42,445 bases of DNA, from assembly GCF_006345805.1 (NCBI RefSeq), contig NW_021835111.1, positions 1 to 42,445 on the forward strand. The letters are read 5' to 3'. The DNA comes from Octopus sinensis (lineage: Eukaryota). How positions within the stretch are numbered: position 1 is the stretch's first letter; the number at the start of each line of letters is the position of its first letter. The notes below the pieces were generated by a model, which saw only the letters and a program-made list of their open reading frames with translations, had not been told where the DNA came from and did no database searches. Positions 29,736-40,998 of the stretch are shown here, one piece after another. The position numbers and the translations under genes were made by a program.

Positions 29736-29945
29736 AGAGCGGTGAGCTGATAGAATCGTTGAAGCTAACCGGATTTAGCAAAATTTCTTCCGGTTCTTTC
29801 CTTTCCGAGTTCAAATTCCGCCGAGTTCGACATTGTGTTTTATCGTTTAGGAGTCGATCAAATAAGTACCAGTTGAGCACTAGAGTCATATAATCGATTT
29901 CCTTGCCTCTCCTCGAAACTAATGGTTTTGTGCTAAATTTAAAAA
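29736..29945 (+). mobile_element. Family C SINE, diverged, tail type 2
   Basis: gcggtgagctgatagaatcgtt...gagttcaaattccgccgagttcgac...gtcgatcaaataagtaccagttgagcact. Confidence 0.85.
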
Positions 29946-30312
29946 AGAACTATAATATAACAATTAATATAGCAGTCAAATCTACCTTGAATCGCAACCT
30001 AACGACATTATTGTAAATGTGCATAATGGGAAATATAGTCCTAGACACGGTGTCTCTATGAAAGAAAAACTTGATGCTTGTTAGCATGTCTTTAGTCGTA
30101 AGTCAGGCCAACCACAGCTAATCTAAACAACAACAAAAAGGTAATTCGATACAATAATGCCATGAAATGACATTACGCAATAAAGTCAGTCACACAATAG
30201 CATGAGAAAATAACTTTACAGTTTGTGTAACATTAAATAACTTTACGTGATCAGAAAATTCAAAATATTTATATGTGTGATAAAGTTTCCTTCAGCTAGG
30301 TATGACCATAAA

Positions 30313-30598
30313 CTTGCACCTAGAGAGTCCTAGTAGCGTTGTTTGTGGAAGACCATCAGTCGCCCATGTATAACAGCTTCCCCGCTCCATGGCACCAATG
30401 TTGTCCAAGGGAATGGCAAAAGCCAATACAGCTCGGGACCAATGGCGTCACTATTCATTTCTACAGCCGAGTGAACTGGAGCAACGTGAAATAAAGTGTC
30501 TCGCTCCAGAACACAACACACACCCTGGTCCGGGAGTCGAACTTTCACAACCTCACGATTGTAAGCTCGACGCTCTAACCTCTGGCCTATGCACCTTC
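30313..30598 (-). mobile_element. Family B SINE
   Basis: Reverse-complement homolog of 15554-15892. Confidence 0.88.
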
Positions 30599-30601
30599 TC
30601 T

Positions 30602-30690
<89 letters not shown>

Positions 30691-30691
<1 letters not shown>

Positions 30692-31108
30692 CTCTTTACT
30701 CTTTTTTACTCTTTTACTTGTTTCAGTCATTTGACTGTGGCCATGCTTTTTAGCACCACCTTTTTAGTCGAGCAAATCGACCCCAGGACTTATTCTTTGT
30801 AAGCCTAGTACTTATTCTATCGGTCTTTTTTATCGAACCGCTAATGTTATGGGGACCTAAACATACCAGCATCGGTTGTCAAGCAATGTTGGGGGGACAA
30901 ACACAGACACACACACACATATATATATATACATATATATATATACGACGGGCTTCTTTCAGTTTCCGTCTACCAAATCCACTCACAAGGCTTTGGTCGG
31001 CCCGACGCTATAGTAGAAGACACTCGCCCAAGGTGCCACGCAGTGGGACTGAACCCGGAACCATGTGGTTGGTAAGCAAGCTACTTACCACACAGCCACT
31101 CCTACGCC
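30691..31108 (-). mobile_element. Family A SINE, full bipartite copy, well preserved
   Basis: Head 30944-31108, (CA)/(TA) linker, 3' module with gtaaaaga-type tail repeats. Confidence 0.92.
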
Positions 31109-31144
31109 TATATATATATACATATATATGTATATATACATAAA

Positions 31145-31193
<49 letters not shown>

Positions 31194-31282
31194 GCATATA
31201 TATATACACGCTTGTGTGTATGCAAATATATATATAATCAAAACAGGAAGCTGGAGAATGAATTAAGCACGTCTTTATTATT

Positions 31283-31398
31283 AGTTACAATTGTTTCGAC
31301 ACCACTCCATTTCTAACGTCATTGCCCATAAATGATTTGACCTGAAAAGATACGTACAATTTGCGGTTGATTACGTCAGAGTGATATTTCATCAGTCT
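31283..31398 (-). ncRNA. Type I hammerhead candidate, intact core letters, long stem II, two helix-closing mismatches
   Basis: AGA-CUGAUGA-AAUAUCACUC...GAGUGGUGUC-GAA-ACAAUUGU-A-ACU; 9 bp of stem II pair (two G.U), palindromic stem III, but 10.1/11.1 is A.C and 2.1/1.1 is A.A; AAUAAA follows. Confidence 0.65.
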
Positions 31399-32129
31399 CG
31401 CATCAAAAGGTGCGCTCTTGCAGCGGCAGGTAGAACCTCATAGAAATTTGCTCTTTCGGCGTGCTCATTCGTTGTGAATGAGAGTGTCAAATATCGAAGG
31501 GTTTACATGTAGTAGTGGATCAGCAGACTCGTTAGAGCATCGAACAAACATTCCTTAAATCAAAACCCACCATGTTAGTCGCAGATACACACTATCTGAA
31601 ATTAAGGATGTGATGGTCCTAACAGGAATGTCTCCGAATATTGGTCTGTTGAATGTGATCTAGCTAAAAACAAAACAACATTTTTTCAAAAATTTTACAG
31701 GTTTCCATTTTTTTACCTTATGCGTCTAGTAATTGTGAAAGAACTTCATGGATTCTCTGGAAAGAAAAAAACATCATCTAAAATCTTTCACTCTCTTCTT
31801 CTATATTACTTCATTAGTGTTATCCTTCCAGGCACAAACACACTGATAGTAGAAAGTGACTCTATGTGGTCTTCTGAGCAACCGAATTTTTCTCAGTTCA
31901 CAACCTACCGTTTTAGGAATAATTATCTCATTAGATCACGTAAACCGTGTATATATACAATACCTGAGAAAAATAATGGCATAGATTTTCGTTGCCAGAG
32001 AATGTAGATGCCTTTCATCATATGCTTGCTTGATCATGGTCGAGCTGAGATTAAGCAAAAACAAAGTACCCGAATTTTCCTTTAACACGACAAGAGTGGT
32101 TCTGGTGAAGAAAAGAAACCGCAGTGGCA

Positions 32130-32236
32130 AGAAGGAATGGAAGCTGTAGCAGCAGCAGCAGTAATAATAGTAGCAATAGTTGCTGTTGTTGTTACAGCAG
32201 CAGTAGTAGCACAAACAGCAACTAACAACATCACTA

Positions 32237-32278
<42 letters not shown>

Positions 32279-32285
32279 TAGTAGT

Positions 32286-32317
<32 letters not shown>

Positions 32318-32589
32318 ATTGTTCTTCAGCCCTAATTTAGTTAGATCAAATGCATTCCGGTTGTTACCATCCATTTGTTGTTGTTTTTTTGTTTGTTTTT
32401 CTTTTTATATCAGGATCGTCGTTGTCCATTGCGTCTTTCTTTGTTTAAAACTGTAGGGTGTGATTTGAGGGAGAAATGGTTGAGATTTCTAGCAGGTTTG
32501 CTTGTGCTAGAAATTATTGTTATTTTTGTTGTCGTCGTCGTCGTCATCATCGTTGTTGTTGTTGCTGTTGTAGTTGTTGCTGCTGCTGC

Positions 32590-32624
<35 letters not shown>

Positions 32625-32926
32625 GTAGTGGTGGTGGTGGTGGTGGTGGTGTGGTGGTGGTGGTGGTGGTGGTAATGGTGGTGGTGGTGGTGGTAATGGT
32701 GGTGGTGGTGGTGGTAGTAGTAGTAGTGGTGGTGGTGGTGGTAGTAGTAGTGGTGGTGGTGGTGGTGGTGGTGGTGGTGGTAGTGGTGGTGGTGGTAGTG
32801 GTGGTGGTGGTAATGGTGGTGGTGGTGGTGGTAATGGTGGTGGTGGTGGTGGTGGTAGTAGTATTGGTGGTGGTGGTGGTGGTAGTAGTAGTGGTGGTGG
32901 TGATGGTGGTGGTGGTGGTGGTGGTA

Positions 32927-32959
<33 letters not shown>

Positions 32960-32975
32960 GCAGCAGCAGCAGCAT
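32130..32975. repeat. Compound trinucleotide arrays (GTA/GCA/GTT/TGG)
   Basis: Directly visible; long (TGG)-rich tract ~32625-32935. Confidence 0.95.
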
Positions 32976-33127
32976 AGCATGCCGAACTCTCGTTTCTTAC
33001 GCCATGCTTCTCGGCGAATGTGAAAATGCGGATAGTCAGGGAAAGGAGGTGGAGGTTAAACCGAGGCAAGAGTGGGGTGGTGGTGGTGAAAGGAATGGAA
33101 AGAAAGGTGGAGAGCAGAAAGAAATGA

Positions 33128-33220
33128 GTGAGCCAGTGAGTGAGTGAGTGAGTGAGTGACTGAGTGACTGAGTGAGTGAGTGAGTGAGTGAGTGAGCGAG
33201 TGAGTGAGTGAGTGAGTGAG
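33128..33220. repeat. (GAGT)n microsatellite
   Basis: Directly visible. Confidence 0.95.
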
Positions 33221-33544
33221 AAGGATGAGATACAGAGAAACGATAGAGAGTGTGAGACGATCAGAAAGAGAGAGAGAGAGAGAGAGAGATACATGAATAG
33301 AGAGGGAGAGAAAGAAGCTGCATCATAAGGCTAACTGACAAGAAACATCCATCCATGAGGAGGCACAAACCATCAGACTGAAAATCTTTCCTAATCTATG
33401 GCAGGTTGGATGGGGGGTGGGGGAACACTGTAAGAAAGGGGGCGGATCCTTAAAGAAAATGATATACTATCTTGTCACTAAGCTGTCAAGCCATTTCCTC
33501 GGTGTCCATAGCCCACTTTATAATAATGCTTGCCTGCATCATCG

Positions 33545-33572
33545 TTGGTCGTCGTCGTCGTCGTCGTCGTCG

Positions 33573-33620
<48 letters not shown>

Positions 33621-33764
33621 CCATCATTCTCATCCTCACCATCATCCTATTCTCATCATTGTCATCATCACCATTAACATCATCAGCATCATTATCATCA
33701 TCATCATTATCCGCATTAACATCAACATCATCATCATTGTCGTCATCGTCATCATCGTCATCAT

Positions 33765-33805
<41 letters not shown>

Positions 33806-33956
33806 GCATTATCATCATGAACATCATAATCGTCATCACCATCATTATCATCATCATCATCATCATCATCATCAACAACATCATAATCATCATCATCATC
33901 AACATCATAATCACCATCACCATCTTCATCATCATCGTGATCATCATCATCATTAA

Positions 33957-33987
<31 letters not shown>

Positions 33988-34240
33988 ATTATCATCATGA
34001 ACATCATAATCATCATCACCATCATCATTATCATCATAATCATCATCATTAAAATCATCATCATTATCACCATCATCATCATCACCAACATCGTCAACAG
34101 CATCATCATCAACATTGCTACATCATCACTATCATCACAAACAGCGTCGACATTGTCATCATCATCATCATCGTCGTTATCAATGTACTCGTCATCAACG
34201 TCGCCATCGTCGTTGTCATCATCATCATCATTATAATCAT
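33545..34240. repeat. Degenerate (CAT)n array with a 180-bp internal period
   Basis: cagcagcagcattatcatcatgaacatcataat...tcatcacc recurs at ~33800 and ~33980. Confidence 0.92.
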
Positions 34241-34374
34241 CACCGCCAACATCGTAAAATATTTTTAATTAAATAATAATACCGTTCTGTTTCCTCTTTT
34301 AGTCGTTATATTTCTTGTTCCCCAACTCCATCTACGTTCAGTCTCCTCCTCCTTCTCTCTCTCTCTCTTACTCA

Positions 34375-34384
34375 TTCACACACA

Positions 34385-34456
<72 letters not shown>

Positions 34457-34467
34457 CACACACACAC

Positions 34468-34501
<34 letters not shown>

Positions 34502-34802
34502 AACACATACATGCACATGCGTTATTCTTACTTTCACAGCTACTATTACAACTGCTGCTGTTACTGATCTGCTTTCACAACTTCTACAAAATAATAATAA
34601 TAATAATAATAATATATAATAATAATAATAATAATAATAAATATCAACGGCAATAATAAGAATAACAACAGCAACAACAACAACAACAACCACAACAACA
34701 ATAGCAATAACAATAACAATAACAACAACAACAACAACAACAATAATAATAATAATAATAATTATATTAATATTAATATTAATAATAATAATAATAATAA
34801 TG

Positions 34803-34861
<59 letters not shown>

Positions 34862-34902
34862 TAATATAATAATAATAATGATGACGATGATGATGATGAT
34901 GA
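34375..34902. repeat. (CA)n followed by (AAT)n/(AAC)n/(GAT)n arrays
   Basis: Directly visible. Confidence 0.92.
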
Positions 34903-35510
34903 TAGATTTTCCTTTATTTGCCACAAGAGCGAAGGATGAGGAGAACAATACAAAGACAGACATAAGTGTTGGGGTTTACAATTAACAATGAAATGATAAA
35001 AAACATAAGGATACACCGTATACACTGTAAAAACAGGGACATATTCACAGCAAAGAAAGAAAGAAAAAATTTGGAGGTGGGGATGATAGAGATGTGGCCC
35101 TCCTGATACAGAAATGCCTATGGGGATAATCGAGGAATCCCACTGTCCGAGATTTCCCTGAAACCCTAGGAGTAAGTGTCCTCTCCAATTCCTTCATTCC
35201 GACTCATAGGTTTACATTCTTGCCATTTTCGCAACTTTCACCCACCTTTCAATAAACTCACTCGAGAACAGCATTTTCCTTTCCACTCTCAATTTCCTTT
35301 TCAAGTGAAACTTGGAAAAGTTAATGGGAGCTCACCCAAAGAGGAATGTATCTGTCATGCCTTTCAGCCTTGTCCACCGAACAATTTCTTTCGCCACAGC
35401 ACCAGGTAGAGGAAAACTGTCTTGCCTGCCCGACTGAAGGAGGGCGGCGATGCAATCAATTACTACAGACTCGGCCGACAGACGAATCCGTCCCACGCGT
35501 GACAACAACC
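34903..35510 (-). mobile_element. Tx1/L1-type LINE 3' end
   Basis: AVAKEIVRWTRLKG...INFSKFHLKRKLRVERKMLFSSEFIERW...RM* resembles Tx1 ORF2 C-termini; 3' UTR ends aataaaggaaaatcta followed by (TCA)n/(TTA)n. Confidence 0.65.
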
Positions 35511-35599
35511 ATTCAACAAAACCGTGATAATAATAACAATAATAACAATAATCATAATTCTTTATAATTTTGACATAGGGCTGGCAGTTTTTGAGGAGG

Positions 35600-35880
35600 G
35601 GAAGTCGATTATATGGATCCCCTGTATATGACTGGTATTTTATATTTTACCCATCCTGAAAGGATGAAAGACGCCGTTGATCTTAGCAGGATTTGATGGT
35701 GTCTAATTTTGGAACAAGACCAACGGTTTTAAGGAGAAATGAGTTTGTTCATCCCATTGACTTTAGAACTAGACTGGTACTTTATTTCAGTGACCCCAGA
35801 GGAATGAAAGACGAAGTTGATCTCAGCTTGAGTTGAATTCAGAGTGTGAACAGCCGAAACAGATACCGCAAGACATCTCG
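35600..35880 (-). mobile_element. Two old family C-like SINE fragments
   Basis: gtcgattatat...ctggtattttat...gaaaggatgaaag and ctggtactttattt...gaatgaaagacgaagttgatctc. Confidence 0.5.
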
Positions 35881-36731
35881 ACCGATTCTTTGACAATTTT
35901 GATAATCCTTAGACATGAATCCAATTAAGACATAGAAATGATTTTGATGCCCAAGCTATCATAAGAAGAAGCAAGCTGGCTAAGTCTGAGAACATTAAAT
36001 TAAACAGAAAATTAACCCACAAACATCCATACAAATTCTTAGAGATGGAATTGATAAAACGCAATGCAAAGAAACGGAAGTGATTTCGAAAGAGTACTAC
36101 AGAAAAATCACATTAATATTACAAACTAAACTCAAGTAGCATGTATAAATATACTAGCCTTTTCGGTTCTAAATTACAGCCTAAATAGGATAATCCAGGA
36201 TAATCCAGAAGTTCAATGAAATAAAAAGCTTAAAGAACTACTTTAAGAAGACAAAAAAAAAGCTTTCTCTGGATACGAGGTGAACAGAGTTTGATAAAAA
36301 CAGAAAACTACTACTTAAATAAAGGAAAAACAATACCAAAATGTAAAAAAAAAAGTAGGGGGAGCAAATCAAAGCAGAATTCAAAACTATGCTGAAGAAA
36401 AATGGAGAGCAAAATTCCACTCGAAATTCAAGCTAAACTGGAAATAGTCAAAAGTGGAAGGTAACAAAGGCTCAAACACTCTTGGTTAAAACCAGAAGCA
36501 AATGGTCTGATTCTAGTGACTCAAGACTCAAATTAGGGCCACAAAAGAAAACAAAATTAAAATAATGAAAAATGTTACCACATTAAATGCTCACTTTGCA
36601 ACTTATACAATGAGACAGTTAACCACATTATCTCCACCTGTCCATCCTTGATGTTAAGTCTGAATACATATGGAGGCACAATCGTGTCGCTAACGATGTT
36701 CACAACTCAACATAACAAAACTCTTTTTCAT

Positions 36732-36963
36732 AGGGCGGTGAGCTGGCAGAATTGTTAACACATCGGGCGAAATGCTTAGCGTTATTTCGCCTGTCTTTAC
36801 GTTCTGAGTTCAAATTCCGCCGAGGTCGACTTTGCCTTTCATTCTTTCGAGGTCGATAAATTAAGTACCAGTAAATTAAGTACCACTGGGGTCGATGTAA
36901 TCGACTTAATCCCTTTGTCTGTCCTTGTTTGGCCCCTTGTGGGCAATAAAGAAATAAGAAATA
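36732..36963 (+). mobile_element. Family C SINE, tail type 1
   Basis: agggcggtgagctggcagaattgttaacac...ccccttgtgggcaataaagaaataagaaata. Confidence 0.92.
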
Positions 36964-37163
36964 AGAATTGTTAACACGTCGTGCAAAATGCTTAGCGGCA
37001 ATTCGTCCGTCTTTACGTTCTCAGTTCAAATTCCGCCGACGTTGACTTTACCTTCCATCCTTTCGGGTTGATAAAATAAATACTAATTAAACACTGGGGT
37101 TGATGTAATCGATTATCCCACCCCCACGAACTTGCTGACCTTATGCCAACATTTGAAACCAAT
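36964..37163 (+). mobile_element. Family C SINE, 5'-truncated, tail type 2
   Basis: Same body as the preceding copy but ends tccccaccccacgaacttgctgaccttatgccaacatttgaaaccaat. Confidence 0.88.
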
Positions 37164-37684
37164 ATAACAAAATTTTGACATGAAAACAAACAAAAATGGT
37201 AAAAACGAAGCAAATATGGAACTTGGCAACAACCAAGTCAGAATCATCTGAAATACACCTATTCGAACTGACAGAATAACCAAAATAAAACTGTCCTGAT
37301 ATAATAATCAACAACTGGAACAGAAATACTGATAGGCATGGTGGTTCTCTTGTACCAAAATATTACTCAAAAGAATTGTAGAAAATGTCAAAATACAAGA
37401 AACTTGAATTTAGAATGAACAAGATGTGACGGTGTACAATTAATAATAGTATTAATAGCAACTGAGTAATCGAATATGATAAGAGCAGAGCAAAAAGATA
37501 CACTCCCATACAAGGGCTCAAAACGTTGCACACATGACAAACGCAGCTCTACAAGGTACAGTTCACATCTTATATAAGTCGCTTTTAGTTCAACATCATG
37601 ATGCATGCAGTATGGTTACTTCACATTCCACATACGCAATAAACACACACACACGCACACATACACACACATAACGTATTTTAC

Positions 37685-38027
37685 GTGGCTAAGAGTAAAG
37701 GGTAAAGACCCCCTTCGGAAACGAATGGCCATGGGATTGCACCTAGAAAGTTCCACTCCGCTGTGCAAGTTCGGACAAGGTTGTTTGTGGATGACCAGCA
37801 GTTGCCCATGCATACCAGCTTCCCCTATCAACGCCACCTATGTTATCCAAGGGAAAGGCAAAGACCGATACGATTTGGAACCAGTGACATCACAACTCAT
37901 TTCTACACCTTAGTGAACTGGAGCAAGGGGAAATAAAGTAACTTGCTCAAGAACACAACACAGCCTGGTCCGGGATTCGAACTCACTATCTCACGATTGT
38001 GAGCCTGCTGCTCTAACCACCGAGTCA
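37685..38027 (-). mobile_element. Family B SINE
   Basis: Reverse-complement homolog of 15554-15892 (B box ccgggattcgaactc on plus). Confidence 0.88.
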
Positions 38028-38139
38028 ATAAAATAACACAAGACACTCCAATGTAACTGATATGCAGTACCATATAACACCAGCATCTTATATAGATCAT
38101 ATTCTACACAGATGTAACACATTAAAGCTGTACAGTTCA

Positions 38140-38420
38140 TACTTGTCTTGATTAATGATGCGCCTCTTACGATCCCTAATACTTTCAGTTCGGTACCGAC
38201 CAACAAGCCACCTCCAAGACGGTGACGTCGTTCGCATATACCGACACGGTCATCTCTCGTACAAGTTCTAGAGAGATAACCCTTAATGCTTCAAGCATCC
38301 ACAACAATGGCTCAAATTCTAAAATGAACGGACATTTTGGGCTGACCTAGCGTAATAATAGAAGCGATCCTGATATGTAACCTTTTCGTTTGACCACCAA
38401 GTAATACTTTAATAATAAAA
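38140..38420 (-). mobile_element. Tx1/L1-type reverse transcriptase fragment
   Basis: FILEFEPLLWMLEALRVISLELVREMTVSVYANDVTVL matches the Tx1 pattern L.LEPLL..L.......SAYADDVTV; the catalytic YADD is YAND here (~38218-38247). Confidence 0.75.
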
Positions 38421-38442
38421 AGAATGATACCTAATATATGTA

Positions 38443-38659
38443 TGGGGGGTTGCTGAAAAGTTCCTGGCTTTAAAGGTGTTCCGAAGAGCTTGGTTGGAAA
38501 CCCAATCTTTCGAGTTCTTTTACGGGACTTAGAAAAATTGAAGGACCGCTGCAATAAGTGCGGGAATTTAAGAGGGGTATATGTTGAATAAAATTATAAT
38601 TAACTGATCCTCCTGTATTTTCTTTTATCCAAAGCCAGGAACTTTTCAGCACCCTCTCG
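38443..38659 (+). mobile_element. Mariner-derived MITE, copy 2
   Basis: TIRs (c/t)gggggg.tgctgaaaagttcctggcttt / aaagccaggaacttttcagcaccctctcg; TA on the left, AA on the right. Confidence 0.9.
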
Positions 38660-39057
38660 AACGAGGTCACAATGTTAGAGACTGACTGTAGTCTATTATT
38701 TTGACTTCTGTACATTTCATTTAACTCATATCGTACTTCGTAAACAATTTTCAGCTATCCAACGAGTCTCTTGTGGTTCGTTAGGAGTGATAAAATTCCT
38801 AACCCTATCATCAACTTTTCTAGACTTCTGCAGTCTCATCTTCAAGATGTAAAACGCTATTGCCGAGTGTATCGCACCTTTTTCTGATAGAAATGGTTAC
38901 GATAGATTTAGAAAGTTGAATATTCCAAACAAATTGTTGCCAGGGTTTCATACGAAAATAAGAAAAACATACCCTATCTTGAACATAGCCGTGTTTTCAG
39001 AACTTATCTAAAAGATCTGTTCTCTCTCTTTCTATTGTCTCCCCCTCACACACAGAC

Positions 39058-39059
39058 TC

Positions 39060-39138
<79 letters not shown>

Positions 39139-39199
39139 GTCTGTCTATCTATCTATCTATCTATTTACCTATATATCTATCTATCTATCTACCCCTCTA

Positions 39200-39231
<32 letters not shown>

Positions 39232-39250
39232 CCTATATATCTATCTATCT
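39058..39250. repeat. (CTAT)n microsatellite
   Basis: Directly visible; continues at ~39445-39600 beyond the mini-element. Confidence 0.95.
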
Positions 39251-39257
39251 ACGCCAT

Positions 39258-39445
39258 GATAGATCGTTAACCACTACACACATTTTTTTCTTTCCTTGTT
39301 TCTCTCCTTGTTTTTTCTGTGTCCCTTTCTGTAGAAGGGCGTAGGCTCGAAACGTAAAAGACTTTTTCTACTCCTGAGCGTTATACTAATACATCTGTTT
39401 GTTTTGTACACCACCTGTCTACGTCTTCTGTTTTTTTTTCTTCCT
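39258..39445 (+). mobile_element. Hammerhead-bearing mini-element, copy 3
   Basis: Homologous to 12398-12582; (CTAT)n on both sides. Confidence 0.8.
39325..39360 (+). ncRNA. Minimal hammerhead-like motif, variant core
   Basis: CUUU-CUGUAGA-A-GGGC(GUAG)GCUC-GAA-ACGU-A-AAAG; A6 replaced by U, stem II keeps pairing through G.U. Confidence 0.62.
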
Positions 39446-39473
39446 CTATCTATCTATCTATCTATCTATCTAC

Positions 39474-39535
<62 letters not shown>

Positions 39536-40086
39536 GTATGTCTATCTATCTATCTATCTCTGTCTACATATCTGTCTAGCTATTTATCTATCTGTTTTCT
39601 GTATCTATATATGAGAGTATGATTTTAAAATCAAAGTCTTTTAAATTAAAATTAGTATTTTAGACCATGACACACCAAACAGAAATGATATTTTGAAACA
39701 GTAACAATAGCTCCGAAATATAGACGAAAATAAATAAACTATGAAAACTGAACCAAGTTTCATGAACGAAGACATAAGCATACAAAGTGTGGGAGAGGTA
39801 GAGAGATGGAGAGAGAAGTAAAGAGAGATGCGGTATAGAGAGAGAGAGAGAGGAGAGTGCATATAAATCCAATTTGTTTCTACAAACGTTTGATTGAATA
39901 GCAGTATACGTTTGGTAAAAATTACACATGACAAGGGAAAACATTATTGCATAAGCCAGCCAACAGCTTACCGATGCATGGCGTAACAAGTCTGACAATA
40001 TCTAATATATAAAATGGACACACACACACACTTACACACACACACTCACACACACAAACACACTCACACATACATACATACATACA

Positions 40087-40126
<40 letters not shown>

Positions 40127-40187
40127 AAAAATGTGAAAATATACAGATATACATATATATATGTATATATATATATATCTATCTACC

Positions 40188-40219
<32 letters not shown>

Positions 40220-40262
40220 ATATATACATATGTGTGTGTGTGTGGTGTGTGTGTGTGTGTGT

Positions 40263-40585
40263 GAAGGCGCGTGGCTTAGTGGTTAGGGCATTCGGCTCAT
40301 GATCGTAAGGTCGTGAGTTCAATTCCTGGCGGCGCGTTGTGTCCTTGAGCAAGACACTTTTTTTCATGTTGCTCCAGTCCACTCAGCTGGCAAAAATGAG
40401 TGGTACCTGTATTTCAAAAGGTTAGCCTTGTCACACTCTGTGTCATGTTGAATCTCCCCGAGAACTACGTTAAGGGTACACGTGTTTGTGGAGTGCTCAG
40501 CCACTTACACGTTATTTTCACGAGCAAGCTGTTCCGTTGATCGTAATAGCTGGGACCCTCGACGTCGCAACCGACGGAGTGCTCC
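40263..40585 (+). mobile_element. Family B-type SINE head with an alternative 3' tail
   Basis: A box tggcttagtggttag, B box gagttcaattcc, gtccttgagcaagacactt core; tail (gagaactacgttaagggtacac) differs from 15554 and recurs degraded at ~20690-20790. Confidence 0.88.
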
Positions 40586-40617
40586 TATATATATATATAT
40601 AGAACACAAAGGATGTC

Positions 40618-40709
40618 GCGGTACACATGTTTCGAGCTTTATAAAACAACTTATTCTTACATCAATGTATAATCGACATTACAGATAGTTTAAAGCCCTC
40701 TTCAGCCGC
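40618..40709 (-). ncRNA. Type I hammerhead ribozyme candidate, intact core, long stem II
   Basis: GCGG-CUGAAGA-GGGCUUUA...UAAAGCUC-GAA-ACAUGUGU-A-CCGC; 4-bp GC stem I, 8-bp stem II base (one G.U), stem III ACA/UGU, GUA triplet. Confidence 0.85.
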
Positions 40710-40990
40710 ATGCAATTGCTACTCCAAAGACTTGTATCACATTATAAAAGGTCTGAAAAAGAACATTTGGTATTAATTCTTCAACTTAAGAACTAATGAA
40801 GTGACCAAAAGTTTTAGTTTCTTATCCTAGTTAACCTTTTATAAACCACGTACTGATCTTTGACCTTTATAGGCGCCACATTTTTGTTCTAGTTTGATGC
40901 GTGGTGTATACACATAGGTAAAATTTATTCTCACCATTACATACCTCACATACCTGTATTTCAGCAACAACCATTTCCAGTTGTTATCGT
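40710..40990 (-). mobile_element. Possible Penelope-like GIY-YIG remnant upstream of the hammerhead
   Basis: VVAEIQVCEVCNGENKFY and KKLKLLVTSLVLKLK loosely resemble VVY.I.C..C...YIG and R.L.ES..I.K.K; very degraded. Confidence 0.35.
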
Positions 40991-40998
40991 TCAAAGTA

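Larger units (their letters stand above)
35910..37590 (+). mobile_element. Degraded R4/Dong-type LINE (RT end to endonuclease), split by two SINEs
   Basis: ENIKL...YKFL / SKEYYRKITLILQTKL / KPEANGLILVTQD / C-x2-C-x8-H-x4-C knuckle CSLCNLYNETVNHIISTC (36588-36641) / EYIWRHNRVA / PDIII / SKYKKLE / AALQGTVHIL. Confidence 0.8.

Noticed and set aside
32375-34236. Long poly-Val/Thr/Pro/His/Ile ORFs (up to 294 aa), superficially mucin-, extensin- or His-rich proteins
   Set aside because: Trinucleotide arrays open in most frames on both strands; no signal peptide, splice support or non-repetitive domain.
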